DNA of 64,000 bases from the NCBI GenBank assembly GCA_963771155.1, contig CAVYSK010000007.1, positions 85,128-149,127 on the forward strand, written 5' to 3'. The position numbers and the translations under genes are program-made. The DNA is from an uncultured Chloroflexia bacterium. GTDB taxonomy: Bacteria > Chloroflexota > Limnocylindria > QHBO01. The notes under the pieces are model-generated. The model did no database searches, was not told the DNA's origin, and was given only the letters and a program-made list of their open reading frames with translations. Below, in pieces: positions 44,677-54,697 of this stretch (its first letter is position 1; every line of letters begins with the position of its first letter).

Positions 44677-45576
44677 ATGCTCGAACGAGTCGAAGGTCTG
44701 GTCCGGGCAGTGGACGCCTGGAGCCTTCGACGGCGCTGGACTCGCGTCACGCGGAATGCCGTCGTCGGCTTCTTCGCGCACGACACGCTCCAGTACGCCG
44801 GCAGCATGGCCTACTTCGCGGTGCTCTCCATCTTCCAGGTCCTCGTGTTGGCGATCGTCCTGCTCTCGACGCTCTTCGGGGAGGGGGCGGCGCGGGAGTT
44901 CCTGATCGAGCGGATCGAGGAGGGTTCCCCACTCGACACCCAGGCCATCGCCGACATCATCGACGCGACGCTCGAGGCGCGGGGCAGCATGACGGCCGTC
45001 AGCATCGGCTTCCTGCTGTTCGGCGCTCTCGGACTCTTCTCATCCCTCACGCGGGGCGTGGCGCGCGTCTTCGATGTCGAGCCACCGCGCCTCCTGTTCT
45101 GGGACATGCTGCGCGGATTGCTGCTCATGGTCCTGACCGGCGCACTCGCTGTTGGCGCGGTGGTCATCGGGATCATCACCGGGGCGCTCCAGCGCATTGC
45201 GGCCGACTCGCTGGACGAGGGGCCTACCGGGGGCTTCATCCTGTCGGCGATCGGCCTGGTCGTGCCCCTCCTCCTGACGTTCGTCGCCTTCTGGGTGATC
45301 TACCGGGTCGTGCCCACGCGACCTGTCGGCTGGGGCCAGGTGCTGCCGGGCGCGGTGATGGCCACGATCCTGTGGACCATCCTCAGGTTCGGTTTCACGC
45401 TCTATGTGACGAACTTCGCGAACTACAGCACGGCCTTCGCGTCGGTCTCGACGGGGATCACGTTCGTGGTGTTCCTTTACCTGGCCAGTGTCGTTGTCCT
45501 GATCGGCGCCGAGTTCGCACACGCCAGCTCCGCCGATGCGGCCGAGTCGTCGCCGGCGCCGCCCGCGGTATCGTGA
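44677..45576 (+). CDS. YihY/BrkB family membrane protein
   Basis: ..HDTLQYAGSMAYFAVLSIFQ.. and 6 TM helices. GGAAGGA lies upstream of ATG 44677. Confidence 0.8.
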   Translation: MLERVEGLVRAVDAWSLRRRWTRVTRNAVVGFFAHDTLQYAGSMAYFAVLSIFQVLVLAIVLLSTLFGEGAAREFLIERIEEGSPLDTQAIADIIDATLEARGSMTAVSIGFLLFGALGLFSSLTRGVARVFDVEPPRLLFWDMLRGLLLMVLTGALAVGAVVIGIITGALQRIAADSLDEGPTGGFILSAIGLVVPLLLTFVAFWVIYRVVPTRPVGWGQVLPGAVMATILWTILRFGFTLYVTNFANYSTAFASVSTGITFVVFLYLASVVVLIGAEFAHASSADAAESSPAPPAVS

Positions 45577-45580
45577 CCGC

Positions 45581-45961
45581 ATGACGATCCAGGTGAGCAT
45601 GATCGGCCTCGTCGTCCGCGACATGACCGCGTCGCTTGCGTTCTACCGACGCCTCGGTCTCGAACTACCCGCCGACGCGGACGCGAGGCGGTTCGTCGAG
45701 CACCGCATGGAAAGCGGCGTGACGCTGTTCTGGGACACCGTCTGGACCGATCGCCACGATCCTGCCCATCGGCCGGTCGAGGGCGGCTACGGGATCCTTC
45801 TCGAGTTCTTCCTCGCCGATGCCGACGCGGTCGACGCGAAGTACGCCGAGCTCACCGCGGCCGGGTACTCCGGTCGGATGGCGCCGAAGCAGACCGAGGG
45901 GCCATACGCGGGGATGGTCGACGACCCCGACGGCAACGTCGTCCTCATCACTGCCGGCTGA
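45581..45961 (+). CDS. VOC family protein (glyoxalase/bleomycin-resistance fold)
   Basis: 126 aa from MTIQVSMIGLVVRDMTASLAFYRRLGLEL. Confidence 0.75.
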   Translation: MTIQVSMIGLVVRDMTASLAFYRRLGLELPADADARRFVEHRMESGVTLFWDTVWTDRHDPAHRPVEGGYGILLEFFLADADAVDAKYAELTAAGYSGRMAPKQTEGPYAGMVDDPDGNVVLITAG

Positions 45962-45968
45962 GCGACCG

Positions 45969-47136
45969 ATGACGCAGATCTCTCGCAAGGCGGCGACCTT
46001 CACCGAGTCGGTGATCCGTGAGATGACGCGCCTCGCGATGGCGCACGGCGCGGTCAACCTTGCCCAGGGCTTCCCCGATTTCGCGGCGCCCACCGAACTG
46101 AAGGAGGCCGCCAAGACGCGCCATCGACGCGGACATCAACCAGTACGCCATCACCTGGGGCGCCCGCGATTTCCGGGAGGCGATCGCCGCGAAGACGACG
46201 CGCCACTACCCCGCCTGGAGCGTCGACGCCGAGACCGATGTGACCGTGGTGTGCGGCGCGACGGAAGGGATGATCGCGGCGATGATGGCGATCCTCGACC
46301 CCGGCGACGAGGTCGTGGTCTTCGAGCCCTTCTACGAGAACTACGGGCCCGATGCGATCCTGTCCGGCGCCGTTCCGCGCTACGTCACCCTGCACGAGCC
46401 GGACTGGTCGATCGACCCCGACGAGCTGCGCGCGGCCTTCGGTCCGCGCACCCGCGGCCTGGTGCTGAACTCGCCGCACAACCCGACCGGCAAGGTCTTC
46501 TCGCGTTCCGAGCTGGAGCTGATCGCCGAGCTATGCGTCGAGCATGATGCGGTCGCGTTCACCGACGACATCTACGAGCACATCGTGTACTCCGGCGAGC
46601 ACGTTCCGCTCGCCACGCTGGCGGGCATGGCGGAGCGCACCGTTGCGATCAACTCGCTCTCGAAGACGTACTCGGTCACCGGGTGGCGAGTGGGGTGGAT
46701 CATCGCGCCGCCGCCGCTGACCGCCGGCATCCGCAAGGTCCACGACTTCCTCACCGTCGGTGCCGCCGCGCCGCTGCAGGCCGCCGGGACCGTGGCGCTG
46801 TCCCTGCCCGACGACTACTACGTCGACCTCGCCGCCGGCTACCGCCAACGGCGGGAGCTGCTGCTGAAGGCGCTGGCGGGAACTTCGCTGCGCCCGTTCG
46901 TGCCGGACGGGGCGTATTACGTGATGGCCGACATCGGTGCGGTAACGGACGAAGACGACGTCACCTTCGCGCGCCGCCTTGTGGTCGACCCCGGCCTCGC
47001 CACCGTGCCCGGGTCGTCGTTCTACTCGCGTCCCGAGCTCGGTCGCACGAAGATCCGGTTCGCGTTCCCGAAGCGCGCGGAGACCCTTGCAGATGCCGCC
47101 GCTCGCCTGGAGCGGCTCCCCGAGCGCGCCGCCTGA
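45969..47136 (+). pseudogene. Class I/II aminotransferase (YbdL/kynurenine-type), one frame break
   Basis: The first frame encodes MTQISRKAATFTESVIREMTRLAMAHGAVNLAQGFPDFAAPTELKEAAK. The rest (..INQYAITWGARDF.., NPTGKV, SLSKTYSVTGWRVGW) lies in the frame of ORF 46240..47136. Removing one base near 46116 restores ..EAAKRAIDADINQY... Confidence 0.8.
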
Positions 47137-47139
47137 GGG

Positions 47140-48095
47140 TCAGGAAGGCTCGAGGCCCTCTGAGTTCCGACGGTCGAACAGGGGTCGTGAGCCGAAGCGC
47201 GAGTTCACCACGCCGATTCCGGCGATGATGAGCGCCGTGCCGATCAGCAGGCGAGTGTCCACCGCTTCGTTGAGCACCAGGGCGCCCAGCGCGATGCCCA
47301 CGATCGGCAGGAGGTACGCGACGAGGGAGGTCCGGGTCGCGCCCCACGCGCGGAGCAGACGGAAGAAGACGAGATACGCCAGGCCGGAGCCCAACAGCCC
47401 CAGCCAGACCACAGCGAAGCCGGTCTCGAGCGTGATCGGAGCCTCGAGTGGCTGCTCGAAGATGAAGGCAAGGACGGTGACCATCAACAACCCGAAGGCG
47501 ACCTGGAACATGGCGGGAATCATCGGCCGCAGACCGTGGACCATGCGCCGGGCGTAGACGCCGCCGATGGCGTACGAGGCCGTCGCGCCAACCAGCGCCA
47601 GCTCGGCCGACAGGCTGCCGCCGGTCAACGCCGCGGGGTCGAAGCCGACGAGGATCGCAACGCCAACGAGGCCGATGGCGACTCCGACCAGCTTGTTCAG
47701 CGTGATCGGCTCATCGCGCAGCGCGAAGGCGGCGAGGACGATCACGAACAGCGGCACCGCGGAGGTGATGGTCGCGGCGATCGTAGAGTCGACGCTGCGC
47801 TCAGCCCAGGTGATGAGGGTGAACGGGATGGCGACGCTGAAGGCGCCCAGCACGGCGAGGTGGCCGTACATCCGTCCGCCGCGGGCAGGGGCTCGCGGGC
47901 AACCGCGACGACCGTCGCGAGCAGCGCCAGGCCGATGAGCAGGCGGATGCTGACGAGCGTGAAGGGCGTCAGGCCGCCGTCGACCCCGATCTTGATGAAG
48001 ATGTAGCTGCTGCCCCAGAAGAAGCCAAGGAGCAGGAACAGGAGCCAGTTGATGCGGTCGGGCAACGGGACCTCCGGGGTGTGCCTCGCCATCAT
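47140..48095 (-). pseudogene. EamA/DMT family transporter, one frame break
   Basis: The N-terminal third (MMARHTPEVPLPDRINWLLFLLLGFFWGSSYIFIKIG..AVAREPLP) lies in the frame of ORF 47742..48119. The rest (RGGRMYGHLAVLGAFSVAIPFTLITWAER..) lies in the frame of ORF 47140..48297. The junction near 47887 looks like one missing C in a C-run. Confidence 0.75.
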
Positions 48096-48277
48096 CGCGC
48101 GTCCAGCCCGGACGCGCATGGGCGGGGGTCGTGCCGGTTCGACAGATTCGACGAACCCGACCGCCAGCGTCGCGCAACGGCCACCGGGTGTCCTGACAGT
48201 CGGGCCGGGAGGGCCGACCGTCCGACGTGGCTAGAATCGGTGGCCCACCACCCGTCACCACCGGAGGACCCGGAGCG

Positions 48278-49482
48278 ATGCGCGCCCACCAGATCACGAT
48301 GCTGGGAACCGGCCTGATCGGCGACTTCTACACGATGACGCTGCACGGCCAGCGCGGGCGCGACCGGGTGCGGGTCGTGTACTCGCGTTCCGAGGAGCGT
48401 GGCGCGGCGTTCAGCGAACGGTGGGGGATCCCGGAGCACACGACGAGCATCGAGGCGGCCATCCGATCATCCGGAGACCGACGTCGTGGTGGTCGGCGTC
48501 CCGAACTTCCTCCACGTCGAGGCGGTGGCGGCGGCCGCGGCGGCCGGCAAGGCGGTGCTGGTGACGAAGCCGCTCGGGCGCAACGCGGAGGAGGCGCGGC
48601 AGATCCTGGAGAGCGTCGAGCGCGCCGGCGTCTTCGGTGGCTACCTCGAGGACCTGTGCTACACGCCGAAGTCCCTGAAGGCGATCGCGGCGGTGCAGGG
48701 CGGCGCCGTCGGCGACGTCACCTGGGTCCGCTCGCGCGAGACGCATCCCGGACCGCACTCGGCGTGGTTCTGGGATGGCCGGCTGACCGGCGGCGGGCGC
48801 GATCATCGACCTCGGCTGCCACTGCATCGAGATCATCCGCAGCTTCGTCGGCAAGGGGAATCGGCCGCTCGAGGTGCTGTGCCACACCGACACCCTGGTG
48901 CATCCGATCGATGACGAGGACAACGCCATCGCCCTCATCCGCTTCGAGTCCGGCGCCATCGGGCAGTTCGAGGTCTCATGGACGTTCCGCGGCGGGATGG
49001 ACCTGCGCGATGAGGTGGCCGGCACGCACGGCACGATCTGGCTGAACCACTTCCTGCGCACCGGCTTCGAGATGTTCACCACCGGCGGCTCCGGCGGCTA
49101 CGTGGCCGAGAAGGCGGAGACGAGCGCCGGCTGGCTCTTCCCGGTCGGCGACGAGGTAGTCGAGCTCGGCTACGTGGACATGTTCAGCGACATGTTCGAC
49201 GCGATCGACGCCGGGCGCGACCCGCAGGAGACGCTCTACGACGGCTACGTCGTCAACGCGGTGATGGACGCCTGCTACCGATCGGCGAAGAGCCGGCATG
49301 GGAGCCGGTCGAGCTGTTCGAGTGGCGCGGCGGCGAGACGCCGCGGATCGCCGGCGCGCACGACGAGTACGACGGCAAGGTCGTCATCAAGCGCGAGGTG
49401 CTGCCCGACGGCCGCGAGAAGATGATCCTCAAGGACCCCGCGAGCGGGCGACTTCGCCGACGTCGTGCCGTCAGCGGGCTGA
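48278..49482 (+). pseudogene. Gfo/Idh/MocA family oxidoreductase, about 4 frame breaks
   Basis: Rossmann N-terminus [18 protein letters not shown]. The remaining pieces (..[20 protein letters not shown].., ..[26 protein letters not shown].., ..[16 protein letters not shown]..) lie in different frames. Junctions near 48464, 48798, 49295 and 49449. TAGAAT box at 48232-48237 and GGAGGA at 48263-48268. Confidence 0.75.
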
Positions 49483-49489
49483 GCTCAGC
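49478..49489. repeat. Perfect 12-nt palindrome GCTGAGCTCAGC at convergent gene ends
   Basis: It contains the plus-strand TGA (49480-49482) and the minus-strand TGA (49485-49487). Confidence 0.8.
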
Positions 49490-50781
49490 CAGCCAGCCGC
49501 GGCACGGCGGGCTCCGGCGGGCCGCCGGCTGCCAGCCAGCGGCCACGAGTCGCGCGCGAAGAGCTGGTCCGACGACCATCGCCGACGCGCCGACCACGCC
49601 CGGCCAGCGCGCCGAGCGACGAGCGCTGGACGACAGGTCGCGCGTGGCGAGCGGCAGGGAGCGGCGATAGACCGTCTCGCGGATCGCGGCCAGGAGCTGG
49701 TCGCCGCTCTGCGCCACGCCGCCGCCGACGACGATCAGCGACGGGTTGAAGAAGTTCACGACGCTGGCCAGCATGCAGGCCGACCCGATGGCCGGCGGCC
49801 TGGAGGAGCGCGACCGCCAGCGGGTCGCCGAACGAGGCCGCCCGCGCCACGTCCTCGGCGGTCACGCGGCCGTGCTGGTCGAGAGCCGCGCGCAGCCGCT
49901 CGCTGCGGCCCTGACCGCGCGGCCGCCTCGCCGTCGCGCGCCAGCGCGCGCGCCGCCGGCGAGAGCCTCGAGGCAGCCGACGTTGCCGCAGCGGCAGACG
50001 ATCGAGGCGGCGTCGACGACCTGGATGTGACCTACGTCGCCGGCGGCGCCCTGCGCGCCGCGGTGGATGCCGCCCGTTGGAGATGATGCCGGCGCCGATG
50101 CCCGTGCCGATCTTGACGACGACGACGTTGTCATGGCCCACGGCGATGCCCGGAACGCCACTCGCCCAGCGCGAGGATGTTGACGTCGTTGTCGACCCAC
50201 ACCGGCGCGCCGTAGCGGTCGGCGAAGCGCTCCCGGACCGGGTAGCCGTCCCAGCCCGGCATGATCGGTGGCGACACTGGGCGGCCAGAGCGGAACTCGA
50301 CCGGACCCGGGCACGCCGATGCCGACGCCCCACAGCGTGCCGGGCAGGTCGCGCGTCGCTCCGGTCAGCTCGCCGAAGAGCTCCTCGATCCGCGTCAGGC
50401 AGCGCTCCGGCCCGGCAGACACGTCCGCTGGCTCGTCGCGGTGGCCGAGGATCCGCCCGTCGAGGTCGGTGATCGCGACGTCGATGCTCGTCGCGCCGAG
50501 GTCAGCCACGAGGAGGTGGCCCGCATCGGCGCGGAACGTGATGCGCCGGGGCGGCCGGCCGCCCGTGCTCGGCCCAATGTCGCCCTCGCTGACCAGCCCG
50601 AGCTCGAGCAGCTCGGCCACCCGCTGAGCGACGATGCTGCGGCCCAGGCCAGTCCGCGCCGCGAGCTCAGACCGCGACCGGGAGCCGGCCGAGCGGATCT
50701 CGTCGAGGATCGAGACGAGCGCGTCGAGCGTCTCGTCCGCCGGCGCTCCAGCGGTCCCGGGGTCGAATCGCGGGCATCCAC
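49485..50781 (-). pseudogene. ROK family transcriptional repressor (NagC/XylR-like), at least 6 frame breaks
   Basis: wHTH ..SRSELAARTGLGRSIVAQRVAELLELGLV.., ..LVADLGATSIDVAI.., ..GVGIGVPGPVEF.., ..DNDVNILALGEW.., ..KIGTGIGAGIISNG.., zinc motif CRCGNVGCLEA, ..NFFNPSLIVVGGGV... These are spread over all three frames. Hand-reconstructed junctions near 50318, 50145 and 50075 each resolve by removing one base. Both start and end are uncertain. Confidence 0.7.
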
Positions 50782-50817
50782 GCCTCGATCATACGGCCTA
50801 CCGTCGCCCATCGGCGA

Positions 50818-50842
50818 ACTTTTGCACTTGACAGGCCAAAGT
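50818..50842. promoter_or_regulatory. AT-rich imperfect inverted repeat ACTTTTGC-N9-GCCAAAGT in the divergent control region
   Basis: The most AT-rich stretch between the ROK repressor and the second oxidoreductase. It contains a perfect TTGACA hexamer (50828-50833). Confidence 0.35.
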
Positions 50843-50903
50843 ACCATCGAGACGTGCAATTGCCACGCAGCGGACTCGGCCGCGAGCGTCCCTCACCAGC
50901 CAG

Positions 50904-50916
50904 CGGTCTAGACAGC
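50904..50916. promoter_or_regulatory. HutC/DasR-type operator-like site CGGTCTAGACAG
   Basis: Palindromic core GTCTAGAC. It matches 9 central positions of the actinobacterial dre consensus TGGTCTAGACCA. Located 15 nt upstream of ATG 50931. Confidence 0.4.
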
Positions 50917-50930
50917 CGGTCGCGCGCCGC

Positions 50931-52166
50931 ATGAGGCGACCGAGCGAGATCGGGGCCGCGGTCATCGGCAGCGGCTTCATCGGCACGGTCCATATCGAGG
51001 CCCTGCGACGCCACGGCGTGCAGGTCCACGGCCTCCTGGGATCCACGCCCTGAGCGCGGTGCGGCGAGCGCCGAGCGCCTCGGCGTCCCGCAGGCGTACC
51101 GCACCCTCGACGACGTCCTCGCCGACGATCGCGTCGAGGTCGTCCACGTCACCTCGCCCAACCACCTCCACCACCCGCAGGTCAGGGAGATCCTCGCCGC
51201 CGGCCGCCACGTGGTGTGCGAGAAGCCGCTGGCGATGACCTCGGACGAGTCGGCCGAGCTGGTCGCGGCTCGCCGCCGACAGCGGACGCGTCAGCGCGGT
51301 GAACTTCAACATCCGCTTCTATCCGCTCAACCAGCACGTTCACGAGCTCGTGCGCCGCGGCTCCATCGGCGACGTGCGGCTCGTGAGCGGCCACTACTTC
51401 CAGGACTGGCTCCTCCTCGAGACCGATTGGAACTGGCGCCTCGAGCCGCAGCTCGGGGGCGCGCTGCGGGCTGTGGGCGACATCGGCTCGCATTGGCTGG
51501 ACCTGATCGCCTTCACCACGGGCCTGCGCGATCACCGAGGTCCTGGCCGACCTGGCGACGTTCATCCCGACCCGCCAGCAGCCGACCGGGCCCGTCGAGA
51601 CGTTCTCCACCGAGCGCTCTGCGGACACCGTGGACCGCGAGATCGGCACCGAGGACACCGCCGTCATCCTGCTGCGCTTCGAGAACGGAGCGCGCGGCAC
51701 GGTCGCCATCAGCCAGCTGAGCGCGGGCCGCAAGAACTCGCTCGAGTACGAGATCGACGGCTCGACCGGTCGCTCTGTCCTGGGACTCCGAGCAGCCGGA
51801 CCAGCTGTGGATCGGTCACCGCGAGGCGCCGAACGAGATCCTCATCCGCAATCCGGCCCTCATGGGCGCGACCGGTCAGGCCGCCGCGTTCCTGCCCGGG
51901 TGGGCACGTCGAGGGCTTCGCCGATACGTTCCGCGCCCTGTTCGCGGCCATCTACGCCGAGGTCGCGGCAGCGGCGCCCAGCCGAGCGCCCCGCGTACCC
52001 GACGTTCGCCGACGGCCACGACGAGATGCTCGTCGGCGATGCCGTGGCGGCAAGCGCCCGCGATGGCCGCTGGACGAAGGTGGCGCGCGAGGCAGCGTCC
52101 CAACGTCCATCGCCGCCGGAGGGTCCGCTGGATGAAGCTCGGCTTCCTGACCGCACCGTTCCCTGA
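50931..52166 (+). pseudogene. Gfo/Idh/MocA family oxidoreductase, 6 frame breaks
   Basis: [25 protein letters not shown].., ..[10 protein letters not shown].., ..[12 protein letters not shown].., ..[12 protein letters not shown].., ..[19 protein letters not shown].., ..[14 protein letters not shown].., ..[17 protein letters not shown]... Junctions near 51050 (which creates an in-frame TGA at 51051-51053), 51268, 51530, 51771, 51901 and 51982. All six are restored by removing one base. The 3' end is uncertain. Confidence 0.75.
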
Positions 52167-53052
52167 CACTCGCGCTCGAGGACGTCGCCGACTGGGCCGG
52201 CGCGAGCGGCTTCGAGAGCCTCGAGATCGCCTGCTGGCCGCCGTCTACCGGATCGGCGCGGCGCTACGCGGGCACGTAGTCATATCGACGTCGACCGACC
52301 TGAGCGAGAGCCGGGCCACCGAGATCGTGGACGAGGTCGCCTCGCACGGCCTGAGCCATCTCCGGACTCGGCTTCTACCCGAACCCGATGCACCCCGACG
52401 CCGAGGTCCGCGACGCGGCGATCGCCCATCAGAAGCTCGTGATCGAGGCCTGCGAGAAGATGGAGCGTGCCGTTCTTCAACACCTTCATGGGCGGCGACT
52501 CAGCGTTGCACGTCGATGCCAACTGGGAACGGGCGCTCGAGATCTGGCCGCCGATCGTGGCGCATGCGAAGGACCACGGCGTGAGGATCACGATCGAGAA
52601 CTGCCCGATGATCTTCAGCCACGACGAGTGGCCGGCCGGGAACAACATCGCCTGGTCGCCCGTACATCTGGCGCCGCATCATCGAGGAGTGGGGAGACAC
52701 CGTCGGGCTCAACTACGACCCCTCCCACCTCGTGTGGCTGATGATCGACCAGGAGCGCTTCATCCGCGAGTTCGGGCCGCACATCCTCCACGTCCAGGCC
52801 AAGGACGTCGAGATCGACCGCGATGGCCTCTACGAGCGGGGCACCCTGTCCGGCGGCATCGGCTGGCAGATCCCGCGCCTGCCGGGGCTGGGCGAGGCGA
52901 ACTGGGGCCGGATCTTCGCAGCCCTGTGGCGGGCCGGCTACGACGGCGACATCATCATCGAGCACGAGGACCGCGACTTCGAGGGCACCGACGACCTCGT
53001 CAAGCGCGGCTTCCTGCTGGCCCGCGACATCCTCCGGCCGTACATCAAGTGA
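52132..53052 (+). pseudogene. Sugar phosphate isomerase/epimerase (xylose isomerase-like TIM barrel), about 6 frame breaks
   Basis: [13 protein letters not shown].., ..LEDVADWAGASGFESLEIACWP.., ..ISGLGFYPNPMHPD.., ..GVPFFNTFMGGD.., ..RITIENCPM.., ..GLNYDPSHLVW.., ..HVQAKD.., ..DGDIIIEHED... Junctions near 52172, 52277, 52295, 52357, 52463 and 52660. Confidence 0.75.
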
Positions 53053-53060
53053 GCGTGCCG

Positions 53061-53801
53061 ATGACCTTCACCGTCGAGACCGTCACCGAGCGGCAGCTCG
53101 CCAAGACGATCGACCACTCGCTGCTGAAGCCGGAGCTCGACGACGCGTTCATCGAGGCCGGCTGCCGGCTGGCGGCGGAGTACGACGTCGCGTCGGTATG
53201 CGTGCGCCCGGTGGATGTCAAGCGCGCCGTGGCGATCCTCGACGGGACCGAGGTCGCCGTCGGCACCGTGGTCGGCTTTCCGCACGGCTCGTCCACGACC
53301 GCAACCAAGGTCTTCGAGGCCGGCGACGCGCTGCGCAACGGTGCCACCGAGCTCGACATGGTCATCCCGATCGGCGCGCTGCGTTCCGGCCGCGACCAGG
53401 ATGTCCGCGACGACATCGCGGCGGTCGTCGCCGTCGCCCACGAGGCGGGCGCCATCGTGAAGGTCATCCTCGAGAACGCCTACCTGACCGATGACGAGAA
53501 GGAGCGCGCCTCTCGGCTGGCCGAGGCCGCCGGCGCGGACTTCGTCAAGACGTCCACCGGGTACGCGCCGGGCGGTGCGACCCACGAGGACCTCGAGCTG
53601 ATGCGGCGCGTCACGTCGCCATCCGTCCAGATCAAGGCCGCCGGCGGCGTTCGAACCCTCGACGACCTGCTCGCGGTGATGAATCTGGGCGTGACCCGCA
53701 TCGGGGCGACCCAGACCAAGCCGATCCTCGACGACTTCCGAGGACGACGCGCCGGGTCGGCCCCGGTCACTGCGGCATCCGGCGATGGGGGTTCGTACTG
53801 A
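53061..53801 (+). CDS. deoC: Deoxyribose-phosphate aldolase family (class I aldolase)
   Basis: ..IDHSLLKPE.., ..VCVRP.., ..ELDMVIPIG.., Schiff-base region ADFVKTSTGY, ..IKAAGGVRT... Intact, 246 aa. Confidence 0.85.
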   Translation: MTFTVETVTERQLAKTIDHSLLKPELDDAFIEAGCRLAAEYDVASVCVRPVDVKRAVAILDGTEVAVGTVVGFPHGSSTTATKVFEAGDALRNGATELDMVIPIGALRSGRDQDVRDDIAAVVAVAHEAGAIVKVILENAYLTDDEKERASRLAEAAGADFVKTSTGYAPGGATHEDLELMRRVTSPSVQIKAAGGVRTLDDLLAVMNLGVTRIGATQTKPILDDFRGRRAGSAPVTAASGDGGSY

Positions 53802-53826
53802 GCGTGATGGCAGCCGCACCGTCCAC

Positions 53827-54603
53827 ATGCGCTGGGTCGCCGAGGCATCGGCGCTGCTCGAGCGCCTGGCAGCCACGCAGGCCGAGCCGATCGAGCGTGC
53901 GGCCGCTTGGTGCGCGGATGCGATCGGCGGCGGCGGTCTGGTCCACCTGTTCGGCACCGGGCACTCGCGCATCCCGGTCGAGGAGATGTTCCCGCGCTAC
54001 GGCTCCTACCCGGGCTGGAATCCGATCGTCGAGCTGTCGATGACGTTCCACACGCAGGTCGTGGGAGCCAATGGGCAGCGACAGGCGATGTTCATCGAGC
54101 GCACGCCAGGGCTGGCGGAGGTCATCCTCGACAACTTCAGCTTCGGTGATGGCGACGTGATGATCGTGTTCTCCGCCTCCGGCCTGACGGCCGTGCCGGT
54201 CGAGATGGCACGCGGCGCGCGGGCGCGTGGTCTCCGGGTGGTCGCCGTCACGTCGGTTGCCCAATCGATGTCAGGCGAGCCACCGCCCGAGCTCGGTGCG
54301 CGGCTGCTGGACGAGGCGGACCTCGTCATCGACCTGTGCACGCCCCACGCCGACGCCCTGTGCGAGATCGACGGGCTCGACACTCCGGTCGGTCCGGGGT
54401 CCACGGTCACCGCGGTGGCCATCGTGAACGCAATCAAGGTGCGGGTCGCCGAGCTCCTTGTGGAGCGCGGCGCCATGCCTCCGGTCATCACCCGATCGTC
54501 GGTGGTGGGGGAGGATCGGTCCCGCGAACTGTTCGACCAGGCCTATCGAGAGCATGCCCGGCGCATCGCCCGTGCGATCGACCAGCGATCAGGAGGTGAA
54601 TGA
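53827..54603 (+). CDS. SIS (sugar isomerase) domain protein, UPF0309-like
   Basis: ..GGLVHLFGTGHS.., ..DVMIVFSASG.., ..VVAVTS... Intact, 258 aa. Confidence 0.7.
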   Translation: MRWVAEASALLERLAATQAEPIERAAAWCADAIGGGGLVHLFGTGHSRIPVEEMFPRYGSYPGWNPIVELSMTFHTQVVGANGQRQAMFIERTPGLAEVILDNFSFGDGDVMIVFSASGLTAVPVEMARGARARGLRVVAVTSVAQSMSGEPPPELGARLLDEADLVIDLCTPHADALCEIDGLDTPVGPGSTVTAVAIVNAIKVRVAELLVERGAMPPVITRSSVVGEDRSRELFDQAYREHARRIARAIDQRSGGE

Positions 54604-54697
54604 CGAAGGCGAACCCATGCCCTGCGGCTCATGCGGGCGCAGCGGACAGAGGCCCCGAGGCGGGGCACGACCACGGAGTAGAGGAGTCAGGAACGGA

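Noticed and set aside
51051-51053. In-frame TGA in the second Gfo/Idh/MocA gene as selenocysteine or programmed readthrough.
   Set aside because: The protein continues in a different frame right after it, removing one base restores ..GSTPERGAAS.., and five more such breaks follow in the same gene. No SECIS-like context is evident.
48278-53052. Programmed ribosomal frameshifting as an explanation for the broken genes.
   Set aside because: There are far too many sites per gene (4-6), no slippery heptamers at the junctions I examined, and both +1 and -1 corrections are needed.
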